The notes under the pieces are model-generated. The model searched no databases and was not told the origin of the DNA. It saw nothing but the letters and a program-made list of their open reading frames with translations. Of a stretch of DNA of 32,000 nt, positions 8,936 to 16,484 are shown one piece after another. Source of the DNA: Candidatus Saccharimonadota bacterium (lineage in GTDB: Bacteria; Patescibacteriota; Patescibacteriia; 2-12-FULL-60-25). The number at the start of each line of letters is the position of its first letter. Positions within the stretch are counted from its first letter, which is position 1. The position numbers and the translations under genes were made by a program. The stretch is from the NCBI GenBank assembly GCA_023898425.1, contig CP060222.1:60001-92000 (forward strand), written 5' to 3'.

Positions 8936-8958
8936 AAAAAAAACTCACTGGCAGTGAG
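8936..8958 (-). terminator. Hairpin plus U8 tract 20 nt upstream of the nrdD start (terminator of the leader ORF, or an attenuator)
   Basis: The minus strand reads CTCACTG C CAGTGAG (8958-8944) followed by TTTTTTTT (8943-8936). Confidence 0.5.
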
Positions 8959-9083
8959 CTTCGAGAGCTTCTATGCGTTGAAACGAGACTTAGCTTGATT
9001 CTTTAGCAGAATCCCAACTGATACGATTTGGACATTTTTGATGAGGCATAAAAGCTCATTGAATTGAGAAGCCTGAATGCTAT

Positions 9084-9194
9084 TTATCGTGTGGCAGTTT
9101 TACACTTGACTTCGATGGTGCCCTCGACAAGCATTCCTTTGAAGAATAGCTTGTGGCAATGGTTACATCGATAATCGCTGACACAGTTTGGCAT
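9084..9194 (-). CDS. Com-like zinc-ribbon small ORF in the nrd leader (36 aa as sequenced; 74 aa ending at 8971 if one A is restored)
   Basis: MPNCVSDYRCNHCHKLFFKGMLVEGTIEVKCKTATR* matches the phage Mu Com pattern RCxxCxKLLFK...IEIKCxxC but lacks the last Cys pair. Adding one A to the A4 run (plus-strand T4 at 9098-9101) gives ...IEVKCKNCHTINS..., which restores the CxxC. The rest of track ORF 9084..9407 is AT-rich promoter sequence. Confidence 0.5.
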   Translation of the reverse strand: MPNCVSDYRCNHCHKLFFKGMLVEGTIEVKCKTATR

Positions 9195-9266
9195 AGGCTT
9201 GTCTCTAAGATAGACGTTGAACGACCTTGCGTAAAGGGATGATAGGTAAGCGCTTTTTTGGGTTAT

Positions 9267-9282
9267 CCACAATATGTAGTGG
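9267..9282. promoter_or_regulatory. Candidate NrdR box 1
   Basis: CCACAATATGTAGTGG matches 13 of 16 positions of the published NrdR-box palindrome acaCwAtATaTwGtgt, including all capitalised core positions. Confidence 0.55.
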
Positions 9283-9298
9283 TAAAAAACGAAATAGA

Positions 9299-9314
9299 AC
9301 ACAAGATATAGTAA
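9299..9314. promoter_or_regulatory. Candidate NrdR box 2
   Basis: ACACAAGATATAGTAA matches 13 of 16 consensus positions. It starts 32 bp from box 1, which is the usual tandem spacing for NrdR boxes upstream of nrd operons. Confidence 0.55.
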
Positions 9315-9348
9315 ATGTATGAATATGATGAAAAAATATTCTATAAAG

Positions 9349-9377
9349 AAAAACCTTGCCGCGTGGCAAGGTTTTTT
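9349..9377. terminator. Bidirectional terminator hairpin (ends minus-strand gene 9408..9753)
   Basis: A5, then CCTTGCC (9354-9360), loop GCGT, GGCAAGG (9365-9371), then T6. Confidence 0.65.
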
Positions 9378-9407
9378 ATTACTCTTCTTCAGGATCAAAT
9401 GTCTCAA

Positions 9408-9753
9408 TCACTTTTTATACACAAGATATTCTGGATCACTTTCTTCGTATCCTTCGAGGCCGCCGCTAGCAAATTCGTATAAGACTCCGCGTGAATATTC
9501 ATCGTTGAGATGTTGGGCGATAGGGACGAGTGACTCAAGTAATAGTCCCTCGGCGTCTAAAAAAATCCAGCTAATTCAACGTCATCAAGAGATTCTTCTT
9601 CGATGGCGGATTCGATTTGTTTACGGCTTCTTCAAAATCACCATTTACGATGGCTTGAAGCATGGCGACTTTTTGAGGGTAGTCAGCAACGAGACGCGAG
9701 TTAATATAGGACGCGACTTCGCTTTCGCTGAGCTTTAGTTCAGGTAATGACAT
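9408..9753 (-). pseudogene. Small acidic hypothetical protein (~115 aa), broken as sequenced by two 1-nt homopolymer frameshifts
   Basis: Track ORF 9571..9753 stops at a TAG. Restoring one nt at 9616-9618 and one at the A7 run 9559-9565 gives MSLPELKLSESEVASYINSRLVADYPQKVAMLQAIVNGDFEEAVNKIESAIEEESLDDVELAGFFLDAEGLLLESLVPIAQHLNDEYSRGVLYEFASGGLEGYEESDPEYLVYKK*. That reading ends at 9408, just before the terminator. Confidence 0.5.
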
Positions 9754-10490
9754 AGAATGGAGTATTTTTGGATCATAACGAGCCTTTCTCTATACGTCCA
9801 GTCTATTATGGCCAGCTGATCTCGTAGAGATCGGTGGCGCTCGGTAGCAGTTACGGTAATCGAAGCCTCATCTTTATCAATCTCAAACGCTGTACCTCTT
9901 GGCAGGGGAGTGTCTCGTAGGTTTACAGCGCCATTACCTATTAACAAACATGTTGAGAAATCTTTCTGGCTTGTCCATTGTTCATCTTTTTCTAAACGAA
10001 TATGTCGGATAGTGAGATTTTGATGAATGATCAATGAATTATCACGTTGATCGGGTGAGATCAGTACTGTAGCGGGTGCTAATTGATCAAAGCTTCGTTG
10101 TTCATAAGATGGAGTGAGATGATAGCTATCTGGTTCAACCCAAATCTGAAAAAGTCGAGTTGATTTATCGCTGGCATTTATTTCTGAGTGCGTGATACCG
10201 GTACCTGCGCTCATTCGTTGAACATCACCGACGCGTATAACGCCGTGACCACCAAAGGTATCCGCGTGGTGGAGCTCGCCTTCGAGAATAATGGTAATAA
10301 TCTCCATATTGCTATGCGGATGGGGATCAAAGCCTTTGCCGGCGGCAATAATATCGTGATTTACCACGCGTAATGGTCCAAAACCCATACGACTTGGGTT
10401 ATAGTATTGTCCAAAGCTATAGAGATGTTTTGCCTGTAGCCAATCGATATTCATTTTTCCCCAAAGTTCAGGGGTGATGATGTTGATCAT
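9735..10490 (-). CDS. Pirin-family bicupin protein (YhhW/quercetinase-like)
   Basis: 251 aa. Cupin metal-ligand motifs are present (GFDPHPHSNMEIITIILEGELHHAD and MSAGTGITHSE), with a second cupin half downstream. Confidence 0.9.
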   Translation of the reverse strand: MINIITPELWGKMNIDWLQAKHLYSFGQYYNPSRMGFGPLRVVNHDIIAAGKGFDPHPHSNMEIITIILEGELHHADTFGGHGVIRVGDVQRMSAGTGITHSEINASDKSTRLFQIWVEPDSYHLTPSYEQRSFDQLAPATVLISPDQRDNSLIIHQNLTIRHIRLEKDEQWTSQKDFSTCLLIGNGAVNLRDTPLPRGTAFEIDKDEASITVTATERHRSLRDQLAIIDWTYRERLVMIQKYSILCHYLN

Positions 10491-10562
10491 GGTGTGATGC
10501 TACCTGTAGAGAAAATTTTTTGCCAATGAAAACCCCCGTATTCTGGGGAGGTCAGGGCTTGT

Positions 10563-11128
10563 TTAGGCAATAAGCGTGGTTTTTGTTTTTGACGAAGGAA
10601 AGGGCGATTCTAGGACGGCGTCAAAGCCGATGTCTTCATATTGATTTGGTTCGTCAGCACCAAAACAAATAGCATCAAATGTCCATCCCCAACGAAGAGC
10701 TTGTCGAATAGCGCGGTCACGTCTACGAATCCAGTCTTGGTCTTCGTCCGTATTATTACCGCTACCAATGTAGAGCACGTCAGCAAGTAGGGGCTCACGC
10801 TCGATTGAATAACGGCGAAATACCGATTCCAATACCTGAGTAATGGCACGACTAGCGCCACCGTACTTGCCGAAGACGGGCATACTATCGATCATTTTTA
10901 GGCGTAGATGATCTTCGTGATAGAGTTCAAGATAGTCACCTTGATAGATGGATAACGCCACTTTTGATTGATATGCCGATTGTCCAGCAGAGCTGTTAAC
11001 AGAGCGTCATAGGCTTCTTCAGCATAAGGTTCCATATCTTTAGTATAATCGAGAATGATGACACTAAGACGCGCTTCAGATGGTCGTAATTCGTTAACTT
11101 GAGAGTTTCTTGAAAGAACTTTACTCAC
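10563..11128 (-). pseudogene. vWA-like domain protein (degenerate MIDAS), split as sequenced by one 1-nt frameshift
   Basis: ORFs 10898..11128 and 10563..10961 join if one nt is added at the T4 run 10962-10965. The junction then reads ...LLDNRHINQK-VALSIYQGDYLELYHED.... The beta-alpha pattern RLSVIILDYTKDM...VALSIY...GGASRAITQVLE...DVLYIGSGNNTDE resembles a von Willebrand A fold. This call rests on pattern memory only. Confidence 0.45.
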
Positions 11129-11194
11129 GCAATACTGCTCCTAATTGAAGGGAGCCGTATACTATCAGAAAATGTAAAATAGGGCAAGTAATGC

Positions 11195-12898
11195 TTATTT
11201 TTTGAGAGTTTTCACCATGTAGCTTTCGCGTTCTTCGTAACCGAGCATTTTATAGTATTCGCGAACGCCAATACCAGAGATGACAGAGATATGTTCGTAC
11301 CCTTCGTCTTTCGAAATCTCTTCGGCTTTTTGCATAAGTAAGCGTCCGTAGCCACGGTGTTGGGAGGCGTCTTTATTGTCTTGTGTAAGATTTAACGCGG
11401 TGCCATAGGTATGAAGTTCGCGAACAAAGGCAGTATGTTCGATGATGGGGAAAGCGCTAACAAGCTCATGGGCTTCTTTTGCGAGTCGTTTATCTTCAGA
11501 ATAATCAGGATGAGACAAAAGTGTTTTTAGTGTAGGAGGTAAGCGGAGACGTAAAAAAGCAAAAACAGCCCGTCTTTCGGTGTCTTCGACGGTTAAAAAG
11601 ATTTCTGTACCAGCAGCTGAGTCAAAGCGTTGTTCAAAAACTTGGGTTGTAACATTGCTTGGATCAATTCCTGCTACATGTCCAACCTCTCGACAACGCA
11701 AGCATTCACAAGAAAGTCCACGTGCTTTCATCTCATCTTCTATAACAGTGCGTAGATTGGTGACTTTATTACCGTAAGAAATATCGTTTTCTGGAAAATC
11801 ACGAATAAGACGCGAGACACGGCAATAGCGCGGAATCAGCGTCTGCATGGTGATAAGTGTTTCTTTGAGCTCGTCACCTTCGAGTGGAGTAAAGCGACCA
11901 TCTTTTGCCCATTCGTGGAGCTCAGCCAGAGGCAAAACGACACATGGATAAAGCTTAATCATATCAGGACAATATCTTTGATCGTTAAACAATGTCCGCA
12001 TGTCTTCGATGTCTTTTGCGGGCGTTGATCCAGGTTGTCCAGGTAAGACATGAAAGTCCGTTTTAAAACCCATCATGCGTAATAATGCATTTGCACGAAT
12101 AGTGGCATCAATATGATGACCGCGATTGGTGATATCCAAAACGTCATTCTGGAGTGTTTGTACGCCAAGCTCAACACGGGTACAACCTAGTTCGCGTAAA
12201 CGAATAAGATCTTTTGCTGTAACCCAATCAGGACGAGTTTCAATGGTTAAACCAATGATGCGATATTCGGCTGTCTCATTTGCTTTTTGCGAAGCAGCAA
12301 GTGATCCGTAACGCGTTTTCTTTACTTGACCTAGGTGGTTTGCTGCATCGAAACAACGTTTAATAAACCATTTGCGATAATCCCAACGATACGAAGACCA
12401 TGTGCCTCCTTTGATAATAAGCTCAATCTTTTTTGCTTCGTGGCCATTGTGTTCGAGTGTCGTAACGCGTTGCCATACTTGTTGGTAGGGATCGAACTTT
12501 AGCGATAGCGCGCGTGCTGCTGCAGGCTCACTTGAGATATAGCTTTTTGGCATGCGTGTTTCTGTAGGACAGTAAACACATTTACCTGGGCATGGGTAAG
12601 GCTTTGTGAGAACGGTGATTGGTGCGACACCTGAGTCCGTGCGAATATCTTTTACACGCAAACTTTTTTCGAAGGATTCAGAAGCTTGAATACGCTCTTC
12701 TTTTACGAGCTTGTGATACATTGTCCAGTAATGGTAGAGGGTAGGAAATTGTACGCCAGTACCTTTGAGGAGTTTGCGCGCGGTGGTCGCTAAAAGAGCA
12801 CGGGTCGGGGAATCGTGCGCCAGAGTTTCGATAATCACCTGCTCAAAAAGCTCGTTTTGCGCTTTTTGACTCAGTTTTACTGGACGAGATGTATTCAT
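11195..12898 (-). CDS. elp3: Elp3-family radical SAM / GNAT acetyltransferase (bacterial Elongator protein 3 homolog)
   Basis: The radical SAM cluster motif PYPCPGKCVYCP is present with TIETRPDW and ELGCTRVELGVQT. The C-terminal GNAT motif is QHRGYGRLLMQKAEEISKDEGYEHISVISGIGVREYY. I place the start at the ATG at 12898 (MNTSRPVKL...); the track start at 12949 is less likely. Confidence 0.9.
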   Translation of the reverse strand: MNTSRPVKLSQKAQNELFEQVIIETLAHDSPTRALLATTARKLLKGTGVQFPTLYHYWTMYHKLVKEERIQASESFEKSLRVKDIRTDSGVAPITVLTKPYPCPGKCVYCPTETRMPKSYISSEPAAARALSLKFDPYQQVWQRVTTLEHNGHEAKKIELIIKGGTWSSYRWDYRKWFIKRCFDAANHLGQVKKTRYGSLAASQKANETAEYRIIGLTIETRPDWVTAKDLIRLRELGCTRVELGVQTLQNDVLDITNRGHHIDATIRANALLRMMGFKTDFHVLPGQPGSTPAKDIEDMRTLFNDQRYCPDMIKLYPCVVLPLAELHEWAKDGRFTPLEGDELKETLITMQTLIPRYCRVSRLIRDFPENDISYGNKVTNLRTVIEDEMKARGLSCECLRCREVGHVAGIDPSNVTTQVFEQRFDSAAGTEIFLTVEDTERRAVFAFLRLRLPPTLKTLLSHPDYSEDKRLAKEAHELVSAFPIIEHTAFVRELHTYGTALNLTQDNKDASQHRGYGRLLMQKAEEISKDEGYEHISVISGIGVREYYKMLGYEERESYMVKTLKK

Positions 12899-12917
12899 GT
12901 GATAGTCTGGCCGTAGA

Positions 12918-13649
12918 ATGGCAAACATCGAACAATCCCGCAAGCGCATGCAAGAAGTTTCAACGTTTTACGAAGACTTTGGAGCGCATTTTGCGCGCAC
13001 GCGTTTTGCCTTGTGGCCGTGGATGAAGGAGGTAGCTTATCACGCAAAACCTGGTATGACGGTCATTGATGTCGGCGCTGGTAATGGTCGCTTTTCAGAA
13101 GCCTTTGTTGATGGCGTGCAATATATCGGTATCGAACCATCAAGCGCATTACGTGAAGCAGCGACCGCGAAATTACGCCAAGGATCGGTGATAAAAGAGG
13201 GGAGTTTGCCTCATCTGTCTATTCAATATGCACAAGCGGATATTACGGTTTGTATAGCTGTTTTGCATCATTTGCCAAAAACACAGCACGAAGCTGTATT
13301 TGCAGAGCTTTTTCGTATTACAAAACCAGGGGGTTCTATCTATATTAGCGTTTGGAATGCACGAGGTAAGGGGTTTTTGCGTTATCCTCGAGCTTGGATT
13401 GCGGCATGGCTACGAATACCGTTATGGAAGGGGTTATCTTCGGGCGAGTGTTATGTTCCTTGGAAGTCAGATCAGCAAATAACACAGAGATATGTCTATG
13501 CATGGACCAAGCGTGAACTAAAACGTTTAGGTGCTCGCTACGGAAAAGTGCTCCAATGTGAGTATATAAATGATTCAACAACAACGGTACTAGAGGGTAA
13601 GAATATCCTCCTTTGTGTAAAAAAGCCTGAAAAAGAGCATATTCTTTGA
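12918..13649 (+). CDS. Class I SAM-dependent methyltransferase, Trm9/ALKBH8-MTase-like
   Basis: Several blocks align by eye with yeast Trm9. YEDFGAHFARTRFALWPWMKEV....VIDVGAGNGRF matches YNEIAPHFSQTRYKPWPIV..IDVGCGNGKY. IAVLHHLP matches IAVVHHWS. KPGGSIYISVWN matches RQGGQALIYCWA. YVPW matches FVPW. The start is the ATG at 12918 or 12948. Confidence 0.8.
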   Translation: MANIEQSRKRMQEVSTFYEDFGAHFARTRFALWPWMKEVAYHAKPGMTVIDVGAGNGRFSEAFVDGVQYIGIEPSSALREAATAKLRQGSVIKEGSLPHLSIQYAQADITVCIAVLHHLPKTQHEAVFAELFRITKPGGSIYISVWNARGKGFLRYPRAWIAAWLRIPLWKGLSSGECYVPWKSDQQITQRYVYAWTKRELKRLGARYGKVLQCEYINDSTTTVLEGKNILLCVKKPEKEHIL

Positions 13650-13702
13650 CAATATTGATTATTTCGTCTAGTTTAGAACCCCTATCTATTTGGAGGTGAT
13701 AC

Positions 13703-14293
13703 GTGATCAGGTGTCCTCGAACATTGGTAAGTACGGCAAATGCTCTATTTGTCAGTGAGCGTGACGGCGAAAGAGAAGATCTCGTCAAAAAGAAGGCTGC
13801 GTTCAAAAAACAGCTAAAACCGATCAAAGATCGGCTAGAAGCGAACCCGCTTTCTGTCTATGGCAGAGAGTCTATCGACGCCCTTTATGAGGGGATGAAT
13901 CTTCATGAGCAGTCTATCTCTTGTGAAGAAGTAATGTTTTTTAGTCGTTTGCGAAACTCACGCTTGCATATTGGTAAGAGATTTCGGTTTGGTCAGTTAA
14001 GTGTGCCTCGATCTCTCTTGTACCCTGGTGCGCTTTCTCTTATCTTGCGTGGACTAGACGCGGACCACGCAGACCTCTATGAGGGGATGAAACGATTTAA
14101 TGAAGCTCCGCATAGATTGGGACACGAAGCACTTTATTTTGGAGGATCAAGCAGATCTCTTCACAGAAACGGTAGCAAGACGACACCTATTTTGTGCAGT
14201 GATGCTGGGATAAGACTCCTCTCTACACGACGAGAAGACGTGAATGATCCGCTTCTTGGTGAGCGTTACGCAATCGTTAAGCGCTACATTTAG
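13703..14293 (+). CDS. Hypothetical protein (196 aa, GTG start)
   Basis: A strong SD (GGAGGTGA at 13692-13699) lies 6 nt before the GTG at 13703, and a terminator follows the stop. I recognised no family. The minus ORFs overlapping it look spurious. Confidence 0.5.
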   Translation: MIRCPRTLVSTANALFVSERDGEREDLVKKKAAFKKQLKPIKDRLEANPLSVYGRESIDALYEGMNLHEQSISCEEVMFFSRLRNSRLHIGKRFRFGQLSVPRSLLYPGALSLILRGLDADHADLYEGMKRFNEAPHRLGHEALYFGGSSRSLHRNGSKTTPILCSDAGIRLLSTRREDVNDPLLGERYAIVKRYI

Positions 14294-14301
14294 CAATCTG
14301 A

Positions 14302-14336
14302 ATAGCCCTACACAATGGTGTGCAGGGCTATTTTTC
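14302..14336. terminator. Bidirectional terminator between convergent genes
   Basis: ATAGCCCTACACA (14302-14314) pairs with TGTGCAGGGCTAT (14319-14331) with one mismatch, loop ATGG, followed by TTTTT. Confidence 0.6.
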
Positions 14337-14337
14337 T

Positions 14338-15168
14338 TTACCAAAGAGCGATAATGACACCTGTGCCTATTATGCTAAGAGCATGTGCAATAAGGAGATG
14401 ACCATGATGTGTTTTACGTTCCATTACGTAGAGCAACATCGAAAGTGTTAAGAGCGCGGTAATAAAGATGATGATAAAAGTGATAGCACCTTCGGTTGTT
14501 GATCCGAGTCTCGCAAAGGGGAGTGTTGATCCAAAAAGTTCTTGTGTGCCAGCCGCTTTCACGATCGAACGTCCAGGCAACATATGGAGCATGCCTCGTT
14601 CATCATTTGATGACGTAGAACCAAATAACTGAACAACAACAATAGATCTTTTCTCTTCAAACTGGCCTTGTGCGATACCGATACCAATGTCGGTATAGCG
14701 TTTGTCTAAGATATTTTCGCGATGTGAAGGAGACATCATCCAATGCTTTTCTAGTTCTTCTGCTTCTTGAAAATGAACAGCGAGGTTTTCTCCAGCAACA
14801 GTGTAGGGATAATTTGCTCTATCGATAAAGCTCCAGGGCTGTTGTCCATCAGGTGAGGTATGAGAAAAATACCCACGTAAAAGCATGTCGTTTGCTTTTT
14901 GCTGTGCAGCAATCGTAAGTCGAGCGTCTTCTTTTAGGGGACTTATACGCTCAGCTGATCGACTTTCATTTGTAAGCGCAATGATAGCGGGTGCTGTGAT
15001 TGCTTGTGAGGCTGCATGTTCCTTAGGCCAGATGATCAATGCACCAAAGGCAAGCGTTTTTAAGGCAATAAGTGTTATTCCGGCAAAAGCAAGATGACGA
15101 TGCGCCATCGCATGCGGTCGATGGTTATTGTCTCGATGTGGAAAAAAGTGCAGCCAAAGAGCGTTCAT
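14338..15168 (-). CDS. CAP/SCP (PR-1-like, YkwD-type) domain protein with N- and C-terminal TM segments
   Basis: CAP-domain motifs are present (ANDMLLRGYFSHTSPDG, AGENLA, HWMMSPSHRENILDKRYTDIGIGIAQG). Hydrophobic helices sit at both ends. Confidence 0.8.
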   Translation of the reverse strand: MNALWLHFFPHRDNNHRPHAMAHRHLAFAGITLIALKTLAFGALIIWPKEHAASQAITAPAIIALTNESRSAERISPLKEDARLTIAAQQKANDMLLRGYFSHTSPDGQQPWSFIDRANYPYTVAGENLAVHFQEAEELEKHWMMSPSHRENILDKRYTDIGIGIAQGQFEEKRSIVVVQLFGSTSSNDERGMLHMLPGRSIVKAAGTQELFGSTLPFARLGSTTEGAITFIIIFITALLTLSMLLYVMERKTHHGHLLIAHALSIIGTGVIIALW

Positions 15169-15171
15169 ACC

Positions 15172-15594
15172 TTATGTTGCAAAGACACCAAGAAACCATT
15201 TACTCCAGCGGTGTTCAAAATCAGTTATCGTCATGATGCGGATACCTCTCTCGCTAAGAGGATCCATACAAAAGATTTTTGTCTTACCGATTTGATAGAC
15301 GATAACGTATTGATGTGGCTCGTTTAACTCCACTAAGCAAGCCATATCTTGCTCAGTGAGCATGCGTAAATCATCTATTTCTCCATCTGGACTTGTAGAT
15401 AGGTTTGCGCGTTCTTTTTTTGCGGCCTCTACGAGCTGTTCGCGAGTTGGTTCTTTTTCTTCGACGCTAATACCAAGATCAGCGGCAAGGTCTAATTCGA
15501 TAACGTCTATTTTTGCCTCTTCAAGAACCATCTTTAAGCAAGCGAGACCAGATTTGCCCTCGATGGGCGACAGATAAGGTGTTAGGGGTTTCAT
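15172..15594 (-). CDS. Peptidase C39-like (papain-fold) domain protein, standalone
   Basis: I place the start at the ATG at 15594 (MKPLTPYL...), because the track start at 15825 would overlap the upstream gene. A Cys motif GKSGLACLKMVL and a His/Asp region PHQYVIVYQIGKTKIFCMDP match the C39 pattern. Confidence 0.55.
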   Translation of the reverse strand: MKPLTPYLSPIEGKSGLACLKMVLEEAKIDVIELDLAADLGISVEEKEPTREQLVEAAKKERANLSTSPDGEIDDLRMLTEQDMACLVELNEPHQYVIVYQIGKTKIFCMDPLSERGIRIMTITDFEHRWSKWFLGVFAT

Positions 15595-15622
15595 AGATGT
15601 AGCATAACAAAAACGCCCTCTC

Positions 15623-16234
15623 TCAAGAAGGGCGTGATGTTGATGGGTGATGCTCAGGGGTATCGGTTTGCGGAAACGAGAAATCTTGCACGGCTTCATC
15701 AAGTTGAGATCGTCGATCAAGTTCTGAGAGCTCAGTGACAGATTTTGAGATTCTGATGGGATTTGGAATGTCTTCAAAGGAGATAATGAGCTTTTCACCA
15801 GCTGTTTGCACATCGAGTTTTCCATAATTAAACATGGTTGCCCAAAATCCCTTTACTGAAGATGTAACATCTTGAATGCGGTGTAAGCGTACTTCTGATA
15901 CAACGCGGGCAAAAAGACCAATTTGTTCAATATTGAGAATACGCTTTGTTGTTACGATCCACACATCTAAATAGTAATCGAGAAAGCTCAAAAACAGCAT
16001 GAGCCATCCAATAAAAAACACCGCACTAACACCAAGAATAATAAGCGGCTGATACAGTGAGCTTAGATAAAGCGTAGGTTCAAAGATATTGAGATACCAC
16101 GCGACGACAAAAGGAAACGCGATAATCACCGCATAACCAATAAGGGTAGAAAGTATGGTGATTGGATGTCGGCGTAGAATATGAACAACCTTTTCTTTTG
16201 GGATCTCATTTGGGAGATGTTTTAAGTGAAGCAT
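15623..16234 (-). CDS. Membrane protein with a bacterial PH (YdbS/YdbT-like) domain
   Basis: Two or three TM helices are followed by WIVTTKRILNIEQIGLFARVVSEVRLHRIQDVTSSVKGFWATMFNYGKLDVQTAG, which is typical of bPH_2-type domains. Confidence 0.65.
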   Translation of the reverse strand: MLHLKHLPNEIPKEKVVHILRRHPITILSTLIGYAVIIAFPFVVAWYLNIFEPTLYLSSLYQPLIILGVSAVFFIGWLMLFLSFLDYYLDVWIVTTKRILNIEQIGLFARVVSEVRLHRIQDVTSSVKGFWATMFNYGKLDVQTAGEKLIISFEDIPNPIRISKSVTELSELDRRSQLDEAVQDFSFPQTDTPEHHPSTSRPS

Positions 16235-16235
16235 A

Positions 16236-16484
16236 TCAGTAGAGGGTGGTAGTTCCGACGCTAAAGAGCGTAATAGTTTGTGACCAGTCTACACCGTAGG
16301 CATATTGTATCGTTGCAAGAATCAGGGCGGCCGGGAGTCCTAAAAAGAAGATCGTAATCACAACGGTGCGACTTCCTGCAAGACCAAAGCGCATGATCAT
16401 ATAGGCTGAGATAATTGCGACAACACTCAAGATCGACATGATGCCGATCCAGAGATAAAGAAAGATCCAAAGTGGAATGGTCAT
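16236..16484 (-). CDS. Small integral membrane protein (82 aa, three predicted TM helices)
   Basis: The protein is hydrophobic throughout. Its start overlaps the ruvB stop (ATGA at 16481-16484), and it ends 1 nt before the next gene. Confidence 0.55.
   Translation of the reverse strand: MTIPLWIFLYLWIGIMSILSVVAIISAYMIMRFGLAGSRTVVITIFFLGLPAALILATIQYAYGVDWSQTITLFSVGTTTLY

Noticed and set aside
8916-8948. The 11-aa N-terminal extension of nrdD from the GTG at 8948 (MSFFYFSQIHS).
   Set aside because: It would translate the hairpin and T8 tract. The ATG at 8915 begins the conserved NrdD N-terminus.
9195-9738. The N-terminal 70 aa of minus ORF 9084..9407, and + ORF 9319..9738.
   Set aside because: The first translates an AT-rich promoter/terminator region (FFFIEYFFIIFIHLLYLVFYF). 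The second is antisense to the repaired acidic-protein gene. Neither has a supporting start context.
9735-9806. The pirin C-terminal tail (…ERHRSLRDQLAIIDWTYRERLVMIQKYSILCHYLN) looks unlike a cupin ending and overlaps the next gene start. An alternative frame would end at 9806 with ...ATDLYEISWP*.
   Set aside because: Reaching that frame needs an insertion-type error or two deletions. No homopolymer longer than 2 nt is available in the required interval. This is inconsistent with the error pattern seen elsewhere.
13345-13827. Minus ORF of 160 aa overlapping the methyltransferase 3' end and the start of 13703..14293.
   Set aside because: It overlaps two better-supported + strand genes, one with a strong SD, and its composition is poor.
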